The notes under the pieces: generated by a model
What the model was told of the DNA's origin: nothing
What the model saw: only the letters and a program-made list of their open reading frames with translations
Database searches by the model: none
Origin: an uncultured Fibrobacterota bacterium
GTDB lineage: Bacteria > Fibrobacterota > Chitinivibrionia > Chitinivibrionales > FEN-1185
DNA: 64,000 nucleotides
Reading direction: 5' to 3'
NCBI GenBank assembly: GCA_963753345.1
Contig: CAVWBU010000049.1
Location: forward strand, 1 to 64,000
Shown: positions 43,663 to 52,886 of the stretch, one piece after another
Layout of the letters: each line of letters starts with the position of its first letter
How positions within the stretch are numbered: position 1 is the first letter of the stretch
Position numbers and translations under genes: made by a program

Positions 43663-43944
43663 CTATCTCTCATCCCTTCTCGCCCGGTAAGCCATGGCCT
43701 TCTCCAGTTGCGCAATCGCCTTGCGCGAAGCAGCTATGGCCGCAGCCTTGTGACCGCCGAAATTGTGCGGGGCCGCTTCCATATAGGCAATGGCGTCCTC
43801 AAGGTCCCGGATTGCGGTTGCGATGCGGGGATGGTCGGCCAGCTCGGAGCCGACCGCAGCGCGAGGCGCCGGCTGCGCCTGCACCTGAGAGCAGGGAAGG
43901 ACCAGAACCGCAGAACACAGCGCGAACAGGAGAGCTTTCTTCAT
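43663..43944 (-). CDS. Small secreted helical protein
   Basis: Signal peptide; HPRI..A...L..A...FGGHKAAAI; AGGAG RBS. Confidence 0.8.
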   Translation of the reverse strand: MKKALLFALCSAVLVLPCSQVQAQPAPRAAVGSELADHPRIATAIRDLEDAIAYMEAAPHNFGGHKAAAIAASRKAIAQLEKAMAYRARRDER

Positions 43945-44050
43945 ACCATAACTCCTTTGGTTTGGGCATGTGGCAGAACGAGCATTCGTCGCCTGCAGTA
44001 ACGCGGGCGACGAATGCGTGGGTATCCGAAATAAGGCCTCAGCAGACGGG

Positions 44051-44320
44051 CTATCTTTTCTTGCTTGACAGGATCCTGTACGTTTGCGAAACCGACAATC
44101 CGAACTTCTTGGCGATTTCGATGCCGGTTGTGTCGCCCTTGTACATGGCGATCACTTTCTTGTCGCGGGCGGGATTGAGCGCCCTTCGCGAGGGGATACT
44201 GTATTTTGCCCGCAACTGGTGGATGGCCTGACGGGTCACTCCGAATTTCTTGGCGATCGCCTGGTCGGTCCTGAGGGTCTTCTGCAGGCGGACAAGGTCA
44301 CTCTTGCTTGTAAGAGCCAT
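44051..44320 (-). CDS. Small basic protein with two HTH motifs
   Basis: QAIAKKFGVTRQAIHQL and IEIAKKFGLSVSQTYRIL; AAGGAG RBS. Confidence 0.8.
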   Translation of the reverse strand: MALTSKSDLVRLQKTLRTDQAIAKKFGVTRQAIHQLRAKYSIPSRRALNPARDKKVIAMYKGDTTGIEIAKKFGLSVSQTYRILSSKKR

Positions 44321-44471
44321 ACACTCTCCTTTGGTAATAAGTGGTTCGGTTGTTCATCTCCCGCTCCGGGGACTCTCGCGCCCGGATGGGCGTTTGTTTG
44401 AGTATTAGACTGCATAACGGGAAAAATGTTTCCGATTTTGTTTCGGCGCTGCAGACATGCAGTTTCTAAAC

Positions 44472-44486
44472 GCAAGGATTGTGCCA
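44472..44486 (-). promoter_or_regulatory. Sigma54 (-24/-12) promoter
   Basis: Minus strand reads TGGCACAATCCTTGC, matching the TGGCAC-N5-TTGC consensus, about 150 bp upstream of the double-HTH gene. Confidence 0.75.
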
Positions 44487-44517
44487 TTTGTCCTGAGGGG
44501 GGAACGGCGGCGACGTT

Positions 44518-44640
44518 GTCAATCCCACAGCGAGCGGATTCCTCGGAGCTTGCTCCGGGGTTAGCGAGCGACTAACAGCCTGTTCTTTTTCTATAGGGAT
44601 GGAAGATTCCTCGTCCCGCGGGACTGCGGGGTTCTTCAAT
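44518..44640. mobile_element. Possible non-autonomous IS200/IS605-type end pair (MITE-like)
   Basis: Starts GTCAA, has hairpin CCTCGGAGC-tt-GCTCCGGGG, then a second imperfect hairpin ending TTCAA; no ORF. Confidence 0.35.
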
Positions 44641-44857
44641 TCCGGGAAGACAATTGGGAAAAGGAGAATGCTGGAAGAGGTCTTGCAGCATGACTCTTGC
44701 AGAGCGACACGCGCCGAACCGCTTCCGAAAGGGCTTTTAATGCCGCTGGATATTATTTTGTTGGCTGGTGATAAGGATCGGTTTCCTGCAAGAGCTCACC
44801 ATGGCCGGGTGCAAGCCTGCCGATCGATCGCAACGTGCTGTTTGCCAGAGGAACGTC

Positions 44858-45793
44858 ATGAACCCGGTTCGCAGCGTCCTTGTTGTCGTGCTTGCCTTTG
44901 CCTCGTTCTCCTATGCCTCCTCCGCCGATTCCCTGTCCGGTGCACCCGGCCCGTCCCTCGTGCTTCTGCCCGATTACTATCTGTGCTTCGACATGTCAAC
45001 GTTCGCGCTCTACCGTGACGCGTTTTTCAAGCGGGAGTACCTGGCCGAGCAGCATCCGCAGTTCGAATTCTGCCTCTTGTCATACAAAAACCTTCTCGCG
45101 TTTACGTGGGACGTTGATTTCCAGGTGGGGCTCGGCGAGGTGCCGGGGAACAACGTTTTTACGGTGCTCAGCATTGCGTTCGGCTACAGTCCCGCTCTGG
45201 AAGTGCGGCTCCGCGATGTGTGGATATCGGGCGGCCTGGAACACCGGTGCCTTCACGATGTTGACAGAAGCGATTTTCCCGTCGCCTACTGGAACAGGGG
45301 GGTTCTTAATTGCTCCTCCCCGAACGCACGTCTCGGCGCCTACTGGCACGCGCTCGCGGCCGACAAGGACTTTTCGCAGAAGAGCCGCGTTGCCTGGCAG
45401 GCGCAGTCGGCCTATTGCATCAAGGACTTTTTCGGCCTTGTCTCCCCTGGAAAGCTCGACGGGTACGATCCCTTTGTGTGGGAGGTGAACGGCGTGTGCC
45501 GCTATGCCTTCTTCAAACGCGGAAGCTGGATTCTCGACCTGCGGGGTGAGAGTATCGCGGGCAATTTCAGCAGAGCGCACGGCTATCATGTGTCAAGCGG
45601 CACCAACTGGTACTGGCGCGAGACTGCCGGGATCGAGGCGTTCTTTACCCGAGGGGTACGCGGCGCAAGCCTGTACGTTCTTTATAACCTCGACGACATG
45701 CCGGCCGATCCCAACGGTCCGTCGTTCACGCTGGGCGATTCGCGGTTCTCGAAAGACGAACTGCTCCAGATCGGGGTGACGTTTTTCAATTAG
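44858..45793 (+). CDS. Secreted, probable outer-membrane hypothetical protein
   Basis: Signal peptide; aromatic-rich strands; C-terminal QIGVTFFN. Confidence 0.65.
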   Translation: MNPVRSVLVVVLAFASFSYASSADSLSGAPGPSLVLLPDYYLCFDMSTFALYRDAFFKREYLAEQHPQFEFCLLSYKNLLAFTWDVDFQVGLGEVPGNNVFTVLSIAFGYSPALEVRLRDVWISGGLEHRCLHDVDRSDFPVAYWNRGVLNCSSPNARLGAYWHALAADKDFSQKSRVAWQAQSAYCIKDFFGLVSPGKLDGYDPFVWEVNGVCRYAFFKRGSWILDLRGESIAGNFSRAHGYHVSSGTNWYWRETAGIEAFFTRGVRGASLYVLYNLDDMPADPNGPSFTLGDSRFSKDELLQIGVTFFN

Positions 45794-45852
45794 GGGTAAG
45801 AGGGAACCTCACGGCGAGAGACACGCCCCCGACCTTGAGGCAACATTAACCC

Positions 45853-46494
45853 ATGACGCATCTTCATCCTCACATCATCCTGGAGACTCTTTCCGCCGCG
45901 ATTGTCTTCGGTTTTGCCGCCGGATTCTCGCCCGGTCCGCTCCTTGCGCTCACCATTTCCCAATCGGTGAGGCACGGCGCCCGCGAAGGCGTTAAGGTCG
46001 CCTTTGCGCCGTTTTTTACCGACGCGCCGATAATCGCCGCGTCCCTTGCGGCCCTCGCGCGGCTGGAACACCTCAAGCCCGTGCTGGGCGCCATAACCAT
46101 TGCCGGCAGCCTGTTCGTGTGCTGGCTTGGATACGACAGCATCCGCACTTCAACGCTTCGGGTTGATGGCAAGAGCGAAGGCGCGGGATCGCTGGGCAAA
46201 GGAATTGTTGCCAACTTTCTGAGCCCGCATCCTTATATTTTCTGGATGGCGGTAGGCTCGCCGTTCGTGCTCAGGGCCTGGACAGCGTCGCATGCTGCGG
46301 CGGTCCTTTTCCCCGTGTGTTTTCTTTCGAGCCTTGCCGCCGCCAAGGTGCTGGTGGCGATTGCCGCCGGACAATCGAGAAGGTTCCTGAGCGACAGGGC
46401 ATATTCGGCGATCATGAAGACGCTCGGGGTTGCGCTCTTTGCGTTTGCAATACTGCTTGCGCGGGAAGGCGCGGCGTTGTTGACATCCCGGTAG
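45853..46494 (+). CDS. LysE-family translocator
   Basis: GFSPGP, NFLSPHPYIFW, hydrophobic. Confidence 0.9.
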   Translation: MTHLHPHIILETLSAAIVFGFAAGFSPGPLLALTISQSVRHGAREGVKVAFAPFFTDAPIIAASLAALARLEHLKPVLGAITIAGSLFVCWLGYDSIRTSTLRVDGKSEGAGSLGKGIVANFLSPHPYIFWMAVGSPFVLRAWTASHAAAVLFPVCFLSSLAAAKVLVAIAAGQSRRFLSDRAYSAIMKTLGVALFAFAILLAREGAALLTSR

Positions 46495-46527
46495 GAAGGT
46501 CCGCATCACCTGCTCAGAAAGGCGCGT

Positions 46528-47475
46528 ATGAAAACGAAGTCGATGGCCGTGATGCTTCTCTGCTGTCTGCTCGCGATTACCTGCTGTATCAATCCGATCC
46601 AGAAGGTGATTGACCAATTCAACAAGCCGCCCGACATCGCCGCGTTCACCAGGGCGGTGAAGGTGAACCTGCCCCTGGCCTATGCCGCGTCCATTGCCAT
46701 GGAGGTGATGAACAAATCCGCTGTTGCGGGCGTTACCCTGGCGCGCACGAACGATTCGTTCCCGTGCAACGCGATCGTCACCATCCCGGTCAACCGCAGC
46801 AATCCGCTTCCCGTGGGCAGCGACACGGTGACTGGCTCGATGATGGTGGCCGGACTCTGGGCCGACTCGAACACCGCGGTCGCGTCGGTGTTCTTTACGC
46901 ATACGAACATCAGGGACGGCACGTTTGAGCTTCGCGACGTCGCCTTCGTGCCCATCACCCGCGACTCCTCGGGCACCATGGTGGTGTTCGCGAGCGAAGA
47001 CGTGAACGCCGATTCGAGCGTGGTGATGACCACGACCATCACCGATTCGCTCTTTAATGTCAAGTTCCAGGGCGTTCCGGACTCGCTTCCGACCGACAGT
47101 TCTCTCGCCGTGCATCAAAATGCATGGATCACCATCGCGCAGCGGCCCGCCGGAGCAGCCATCGGCCGGGAAACGTACACGCTCTACGGCGCGAGCCAGT
47201 ATCTGGGCGTTTCGTCTTCAACCACCGAGGTTATTGAGGCGGTGATGGTGGGGGTGAAAATGACGCCGTTTGCCTGCCGCGCAAACCCAGACAGCGGATA
47301 TGCCATGGTCCGCGACATCAAGATCCAGGACGCGAACCATTCGTCGGACATCGACCTCGGGACCACGGTGTTGACATTTAAGACCGCGTGCACGGGGCAG
47401 GCGACCATCCTGCTCGCAACGGGCGAATACCTGGCGCGGACCGGCTCGACCATTGCGCTCAACCTCGACCAATAA
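46528..47475 (+). CDS. Hypothetical lipoprotein
   Basis: Signal peptide ending in Cys; 315 aa. Confidence 0.7.
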   Translation: MKTKSMAVMLLCCLLAITCCINPIQKVIDQFNKPPDIAAFTRAVKVNLPLAYAASIAMEVMNKSAVAGVTLARTNDSFPCNAIVTIPVNRSNPLPVGSDTVTGSMMVAGLWADSNTAVASVFFTHTNIRDGTFELRDVAFVPITRDSSGTMVVFASEDVNADSSVVMTTTITDSLFNVKFQGVPDSLPTDSSLAVHQNAWITIAQRPAGAAIGRETYTLYGASQYLGVSSSTTEVIEAVMVGVKMTPFACRANPDSGYAMVRDIKIQDANHSSDIDLGTTVLTFKTACTGQATILLATGEYLARTGSTIALNLDQ

Positions 47476-47491
47476 CAAAAGGGGAAACTGC

Positions 47492-48397
47492 GTGAAATTG
47501 CGGGACGTTCCCTTGGTGATCGCGGCAGCCGCTTGCTGCGCATTCTGCCAGCCGGACAGCGGCAACATCGTGCACACCGGCCAGGCTACCTACTACAGTG
47601 CGACCGGCGACGGTGCGTGCATGTTCGGCCCGTCTCCCGGCGACCTCATGGTGTGCGCGATGAACGCCGCCGAATACGACACCGCAGCCGTATGCGGAGC
47701 GTCGATTCACATCGTCGGGCCTTCGGGGGAGGTCACGGTGCGCGTCGTTGATTTGTGCCCGGAATGCCCCAGGGGCAATGTTGACTTGAGCAAACAGGCG
47801 TTCGCGAAAATCGCCGACACCATCCTGGGGCGGGTCTCAATTACCTGGCGGTATGTGGAAACAAGCGTTTCCGGCCCGATCGACTACCGGATAAAAACAG
47901 GGAGCAATCCCTGGTGGATCGGCATTCAGATTCTTAACCATCGCAACCCGGTTGCCAGGCTCGAGGCGGACAGCGCGGGGAAATGGATTACCGTGCCGCG
48001 CATGAGCTACAATTACTTTGTGGATTCTTCGGGGCTTGGCCCCGGACCCTATAGCTTCAGGGTGACGGACCTTTACGGCCAGCAGTTGACGGACGCAAAT
48101 ATTCCGCTCGCGCCGGATGCCATCACCCCGGGCGCGGCGAATTTCGCAAGCCATGCGGCAACGGTAAGGCAGGGCATCGCCTCGCACGACCTTAGGGGCA
48201 GTATACACATGATCTTGAGGGCGGTGATGGGCCGGGGGAGATTGCTGGGACCGACCGAAAAGGGGCCGTTTGATGTTTATAGGATAGACGGAGCCTTTGT
48301 CGGCCATGTCACTAATTCCGTCGGCGGCGAAAACAGGATCGCCGTCGGCGTCTATCTTCTAAAACCGGCGGGTGGCACAAATCAAGGAGAGCAATAG
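47492..48397 (+). CDS. Bacterial expansin (EXLX1-like; DPBB + CBM63) with T9SS-like tail
   Basis: GQATYY..GAC, VVDLCPEC, DLSKQAF, KTGSNPWW, RMSYNYF, RVTDLYG. Confidence 0.9.
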   Translation: MKLRDVPLVIAAAACCAFCQPDSGNIVHTGQATYYSATGDGACMFGPSPGDLMVCAMNAAEYDTAAVCGASIHIVGPSGEVTVRVVDLCPECPRGNVDLSKQAFAKIADTILGRVSITWRYVETSVSGPIDYRIKTGSNPWWIGIQILNHRNPVARLEADSAGKWITVPRMSYNYFVDSSGLGPGPYSFRVTDLYGQQLTDANIPLAPDAITPGAANFASHAATVRQGIASHDLRGSIHMILRAVMGRGRLLGPTEKGPFDVYRIDGAFVGHVTNSVGGENRIAVGVYLLKPAGGTNQGEQ

Positions 48398-48477
48398 AGG
48401 GCTGATCTCTATGTGGATATGCGCGCCGGCGTATCCGCCAACGGTGAACGCCAACCAATTCGCTATTCACTATTCAA

Positions 48478-50724
48478 TTACAACCGCGCAAACGTCTGCG
48501 GGGCGCTCGTGGCCCCGTTGTGCTTCACCCGCACGATGATGCATCCCCTGGCCGCGGCATCGGGGATCGCAACGGGCCTGCTTCCGACAACGGCAAGCGC
48601 GGCGAGTTGACGGCCGCGCATATCGAAAATCTGAACGAGCGCCCGTTCGCCCGCCGCAATGCCGCGCACCGAAATACGATTTCTGCCGCTTATCACCGCG
48701 CACACCGGCGCTGCGGCGGCACGGACGCCTGCGCCATGCAACGTGGACACGGGAACGCCCAACGCGACCATGGCGGCCAGGGCGTCCACCTTGCCCGCGC
48801 CCCAGCGCACGTCGGGTGTCGTTATCGGGCCGGTATACTGGTCCTTGATCGCCGTCTGTTGCAGGATGGTGGTGACGCTTTCCGGTGTGAGCGTCGGATC
48901 GGCCTGGAGCATGAGCGCCACGATGCCCGCCACGATGGGCGCGGAAAGCGATGTGCCCTGGCTCCAGGCATACCGGCCGGCAAGACTTGCCTGCGTAGGC
49001 CACGCGACGGTTCGGCTGTTGTCGGGTGCGTTTCTCGGGATTGCCCCCACCACCATGCGGCCCGGCGCGCAGATCTCCGGCTTTATCCTTCCGTCAACCG
49101 TTGGCCCGATGCTCGACCACGTTGTCCACTCGTACAGCGCAGAGTCCGGATGGCCCGTTGTCGATCCGTCGTACAGGAATGTCGACGACTTGCTGTAATA
49201 GCTGCCCACGGAAATGATCCGCTTGGCCGTGCTGCCGATTTCGTTCACCGTGATGAGCGTGTCGCCGTCGTAGAAGCCGGGAGAGCCCTGGCCCCACATG
49301 TTGTGCTTGTAGCAGTTCCATGCGTGAATGGTGCAGGCAGAGCTTGACGTGACGCGAATGCCGGGGATAACGCTCCAGTTGCTGGAATAGACGTAGATTT
49401 CGGTGTGCGGCTTCTGGTTGGTGGCGTTGGCCTTCTCCACAAAGGTCTCAACGATAAGCGTGTCCGGTCCTTTTGTGGCGTTGGGCCAGAGAAACTTGTC
49501 CGCCGATTGGCTGTTCCTGTTTGTCGTGAGTGCGATGCTGCTTTTTCCGAATGCGCCGGTCGAATCCTGCAAAACGTACAGTGTGGTGGAAAAGGGCTTG
49601 TTCGGCTCGCCCCATATGTCAACGAGGGAATAGGCGATATATTTCTGGTTTGTGGGACTCACGGAATCCCAAACATCCTCGGACCAGACCCATGTTCCCA
49701 TGGTGTCGTTGGCGGCGAGCGGAAACGCGATGTGCACCTTTGTCGCGCCGTCGTTGCCCGCGGCCCCGACCACGATGCGGCTGAGGCCCGTTGTTGCGCT
49801 CACGCCCGACAGGGCATCAACGGCCTGGTCGACGAGCGAGGTGCCGTCGTGAGGGCCTTCCTGTATGCCGATGCTCATGTTCACGACGCACGGCATCTTG
49901 AGCGAGTCCGCAATCGAAAAGATCCAATTGAGGCCGTTGACGATATCTGCGGTGGTGCCGCTGTCGCTGCCGTACATCACACCGATGATCGAAGCGTCGG
50001 GTGCCGCGCCCGTATACGCGAATTGCCGGTCCCGTCCGGCGCCCATGCTGGCGGTCATGGTTCCGTGGGTTTCGGGGCCCAGGCCGAACAGGGTGTCTTT
50101 GTCAATTTCCTGCTGCATCCGTATGAGTCCGTAGCCGAAACGGTTGGCTCGAATCTTTGATGTGTCGGTCTGGTTCCAGATGCCGACAAATCTTGAATGG
50201 CCGAGCGAATCAAGGAAGGCCGGGTGATGCGTATCGAATTCGGTGTCGAGGAATCCAATGAGCACGCCCTTGCCGGTGAAATGCTTGGTGAGGCCGCTTG
50301 GCGCGGTGCCCTGAACTTCGTTGATGTGCGTTTCGCGCCGCACCGAATCCATGTTTGAGAAAATATGCTTCCGGTGTTCAATGGAGAGAATACCCGGGAT
50401 CGCCGTGAGGTAGGGCGCAGTATGCTCGCATCCTTCGAGGGATGCGATATCGTTTATCCGTGTAACGAGGCGCCATCCTGCCGGCGCCAGCGAGGACGAA
50501 GAAAACGTTTTATCCACAAGCGCGAGCACGCGTATGGTCTTTTTGCAGCCCGAGCGTTGTATTTCCGCTGAGGCCGCCAGAAGGTTTTCACGAGTGGGAA
50601 GCATCGGGTGTTTGTTTATTTCAAAGGTCCCCACGTAGTGGACCGGCTTGCCGACATTCGCACCGCTGAGTGTTGCAATCCCGGCAAGCATCAGCAATGC
50701 AAGGCTTCGGATCAAAGACATCAT
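48478..50724 (-). CDS. S8 subtilisin-like serine peptidase with T9SS-like tail
   Basis: GFLDT (Asp), HGT (His), AAGND, GTSLSAP (Ser). Confidence 0.9.
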   Translation of the reverse strand: MMSLIRSLALLMLAGIATLSGANVGKPVHYVGTFEINKHPMLPTRENLLAASAEIQRSGCKKTIRVLALVDKTFSSSSLAPAGWRLVTRINDIASLEGCEHTAPYLTAIPGILSIEHRKHIFSNMDSVRRETHINEVQGTAPSGLTKHFTGKGVLIGFLDTEFDTHHPAFLDSLGHSRFVGIWNQTDTSKIRANRFGYGLIRMQQEIDKDTLFGLGPETHGTMTASMGAGRDRQFAYTGAAPDASIIGVMYGSDSGTTADIVNGLNWIFSIADSLKMPCVVNMSIGIQEGPHDGTSLVDQAVDALSGVSATTGLSRIVVGAAGNDGATKVHIAFPLAANDTMGTWVWSEDVWDSVSPTNQKYIAYSLVDIWGEPNKPFSTTLYVLQDSTGAFGKSSIALTTNRNSQSADKFLWPNATKGPDTLIVETFVEKANATNQKPHTEIYVYSSNWSVIPGIRVTSSSACTIHAWNCYKHNMWGQGSPGFYDGDTLITVNEIGSTAKRIISVGSYYSKSSTFLYDGSTTGHPDSALYEWTTWSSIGPTVDGRIKPEICAPGRMVVGAIPRNAPDNSRTVAWPTQASLAGRYAWSQGTSLSAPIVAGIVALMLQADPTLTPESVTTILQQTAIKDQYTGPITTPDVRWGAGKVDALAAMVALGVPVSTLHGAGVRAAAAPVCAVISGRNRISVRGIAAGERALVQIFDMRGRQLAALAVVGSRPVAIPDAAARGCIIVRVKHNGATSAPQTFARL

Positions 50725-50839
50725 ACAGGAGCTCCCTATCGCAGTCCTACCACATAGTATAGCACGGGATTGAGGGGTTTGCCAGATTTTGTTGGGGAGA
50801 CTAGGGGAATCCAATTCATTAGAATACATGAGAAGAGAT

Positions 50840-50976
50840 GGGCGCCCCGCCGCTTCGCGGCGGCGGCCCTCCTTCCAGGCTCGGCCTTTGGCCTCGTTGC
50901 CGCCTGTCCCGACCGCCTTCGGCGAGGGATCAGGCGGCAATGCGCTCTAGCGCACCTTCCAGTCCGGCCTGGCGCG
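50840..50976 (+). repeat. Structured repeat, copy H (module 1; linker split by the IS, heptamers resume at 51987-52014)
   Basis: GGGCGCC...CTGGCGCG followed by GGCAGAAGAAGTCTATTC as in copies E and G. Confidence 0.85.
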
Positions 50977-51031
50977 CGGCAGAAGAAGTCTATTCTGTCA
51001 AGTTTGATTTCTGCGCTGGCTGGAATACTAA

Positions 51032-51953
51032 GAGCTTATCCATAAATAAGAATTGTGGTTAATGTCGGCATATATGATATTATTTCCATGGAAGAACCAA
51101 AAAAACGCAGGCTCTATTCATGGGAGATATCGGACGAGTTCTGGGCGAAAGTTGAACCGTTAATACCGAAAAAGAAGCGTGATCGCCGTCAGAAGTTCGT
51201 TCGTGAATCAGGAGGTGGACGGAAACCCATATCACCTCGTCTTGTTTTGGCTGGGATAGTTTTTGTTCTTCGGACGGGAATTCAATGGAAAGCGCTTCCG
51301 AAGACTCAATTTGGCAGTCCAAGTGCAATCCATCGCTATTTTCTTGAGTGGCAAAAGGCCAGATTCTTCGAGAAATTGTGGAAAGCAGGGATTGCCGAAT
51401 ACGACGATATGGAAGGCATAGCCTGGCAATGGCAAAGTATTGATGGTGGGATGAACAAAGCCCCACTTGCACTTGAAAATGTCGGCCACAACCCAACTGA
51501 TCGGGGAAAAAAATGGCAGCAAGCGAAGCATACTCGTCGACGGTCGTGGCATCCCGCTGTCGCTCGTCGTGAGCGGAGCACAGAAGCACGACGTGAAGTT
51601 GCTGCCTGATACACTTGACAACATTATGATAGAACGTCCAACAACAAAAGCTCGTCGGAGACAGCATTTGTGTGCTGATAAAGGGTATACAGGAGAGCCC
51701 GCGTTCAACCAGTGTGTCGAGCGGCGATATATCCCTTGCATTCGGCAACGAGGAGAAGAAATTGAAATGAAGCGCAGGAACCCAAGGTTCAAGGCGCAAA
51801 GATGGGTTGTGGAGCGATGCTTGTCGTGGCTCAACCGCTTCAGAAAATTGCTGGTTCGTTTTGAAAAACTTGCTCGTAGTCATACAGGTTTACTACAGTT
51901 GGCTTGTGCAATAATATGTTTCAGACAATCAACTTTTATTTATGGATAAGCTC
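51032..51953 (+). mobile_element. IS5-family insertion sequence (922 bp)
   Basis: Perfect 18-bp terminal inverted repeats GAGCTTATCCATAAATAA / TTATTTATGGATAAGCTC; TAA target duplication at 51029-51031 and 51954-51956. Confidence 0.93.
51088..51949 (+). CDS. IS5-family transposase in two ORFs joined by a frameshift at an A7 run (51507-51513)
   Basis: VLRTGIQWKALP, SIDG, NPTDRGK | GSKRSILVDGRGIPL, ADKGY, RWVVERCLSWLNRFRKL. Confidence 0.9.
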
Positions 51954-52023
51954 TAAGATCAAACCGCCAATGTTGATTCTTTAAGCTGTCAACTGTCAAC
52001 CGCCAACTGTCAACTCTCTCTAG

Positions 52024-52788
52024 CTATTCAACAAGCTTTCTAATCTCCGCAATCGCCTGCTTGATCGCCACAACCTCATCCGCCAGCATGTCCACCTTCT
52101 TTTCGAGTACTGCGAACCGGTCGTTGACCGAGCCTGTTATCGCCGGCGCGGGCGAAGCGCCTTCCGGCGGGGGAACTTGTTGTGCCGGGACATCGCCGAA
52201 AAAGCAGTGCGCGTAACGCTGTTCCTTTTTTCCCGGCTGCTTTGGCAGTTTTGCAACAAGCGGCCCGAGAGAAGGCGACATCAGCTTGAGCACGCAGGTT
52301 TCCACTTCGTCAATGGCGGGAAAGGCGTGCATGCGTGTGCATACGGTGCGCAGTTCCCCGGCCGTGAGCGGGCCGCGCAGGAGCAGCTCGGTGAGGATGG
52401 CCAGTTCGGGTCGAACAAGGTTCGCGGCGACCGAACGGCTTGCCGGTGCGTTTTCCGCTGACGGGTCCGCGTTTGCCTGCGCGCCCGCCGCGTCGGCGGG
52501 CGCGTCCTGCGCCGCAACCGCGAGCCGCGCGGGAAGGTTGTGCTCGAACTTGGGAACCCTGCCGCCGGCCGTGGAAAGCTGCCACGCCAGGTTCTTGCCG
52601 CGCAGGGATTCGAGCGCCATGGTCACGTCGTCGGCGGTGAGCGTCATCACGGGATCGCGGTTGTTTTTCTGGTTGCACGCGGCTACGAGCGCGTTGAGCG
52701 AGAGCGGGTAGTATTCGGGCGTGGTGAGTTCCTTTTCGACAAGCGACCCGAGGACGCGTGCCTCAACAAGAGAAAGGATGATGTCCAT
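52024..52788 (-). CDS. YceH/DUF480-family protein
   Basis: EARVLGSLVEKELTTPEYYPLSLNALVAACNQKNNRDPV, LLLRGPLTAGEL. Confidence 0.92.
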   Translation of the reverse strand: MDIILSLVEARVLGSLVEKELTTPEYYPLSLNALVAACNQKNNRDPVMTLTADDVTMALESLRGKNLAWQLSTAGGRVPKFEHNLPARLAVAAQDAPADAAGAQANADPSAENAPASRSVAANLVRPELAILTELLLRGPLTAGELRTVCTRMHAFPAIDEVETCVLKLMSPSLGPLVAKLPKQPGKKEQRYAHCFFGDVPAQQVPPPEGASPAPAITGSVNDRFAVLEKKVDMLADEVVAIKQAIAEIRKLVE

Positions 52789-52886
52789 GCGAAAGATCCT
52801 TTAAGGGTAGTATTGTTTGGCCAGGGACCAGTTTCATGATATCAAAATACTACTATTGCAATGTTAATGTTTTTTCAAGTTCTTGG

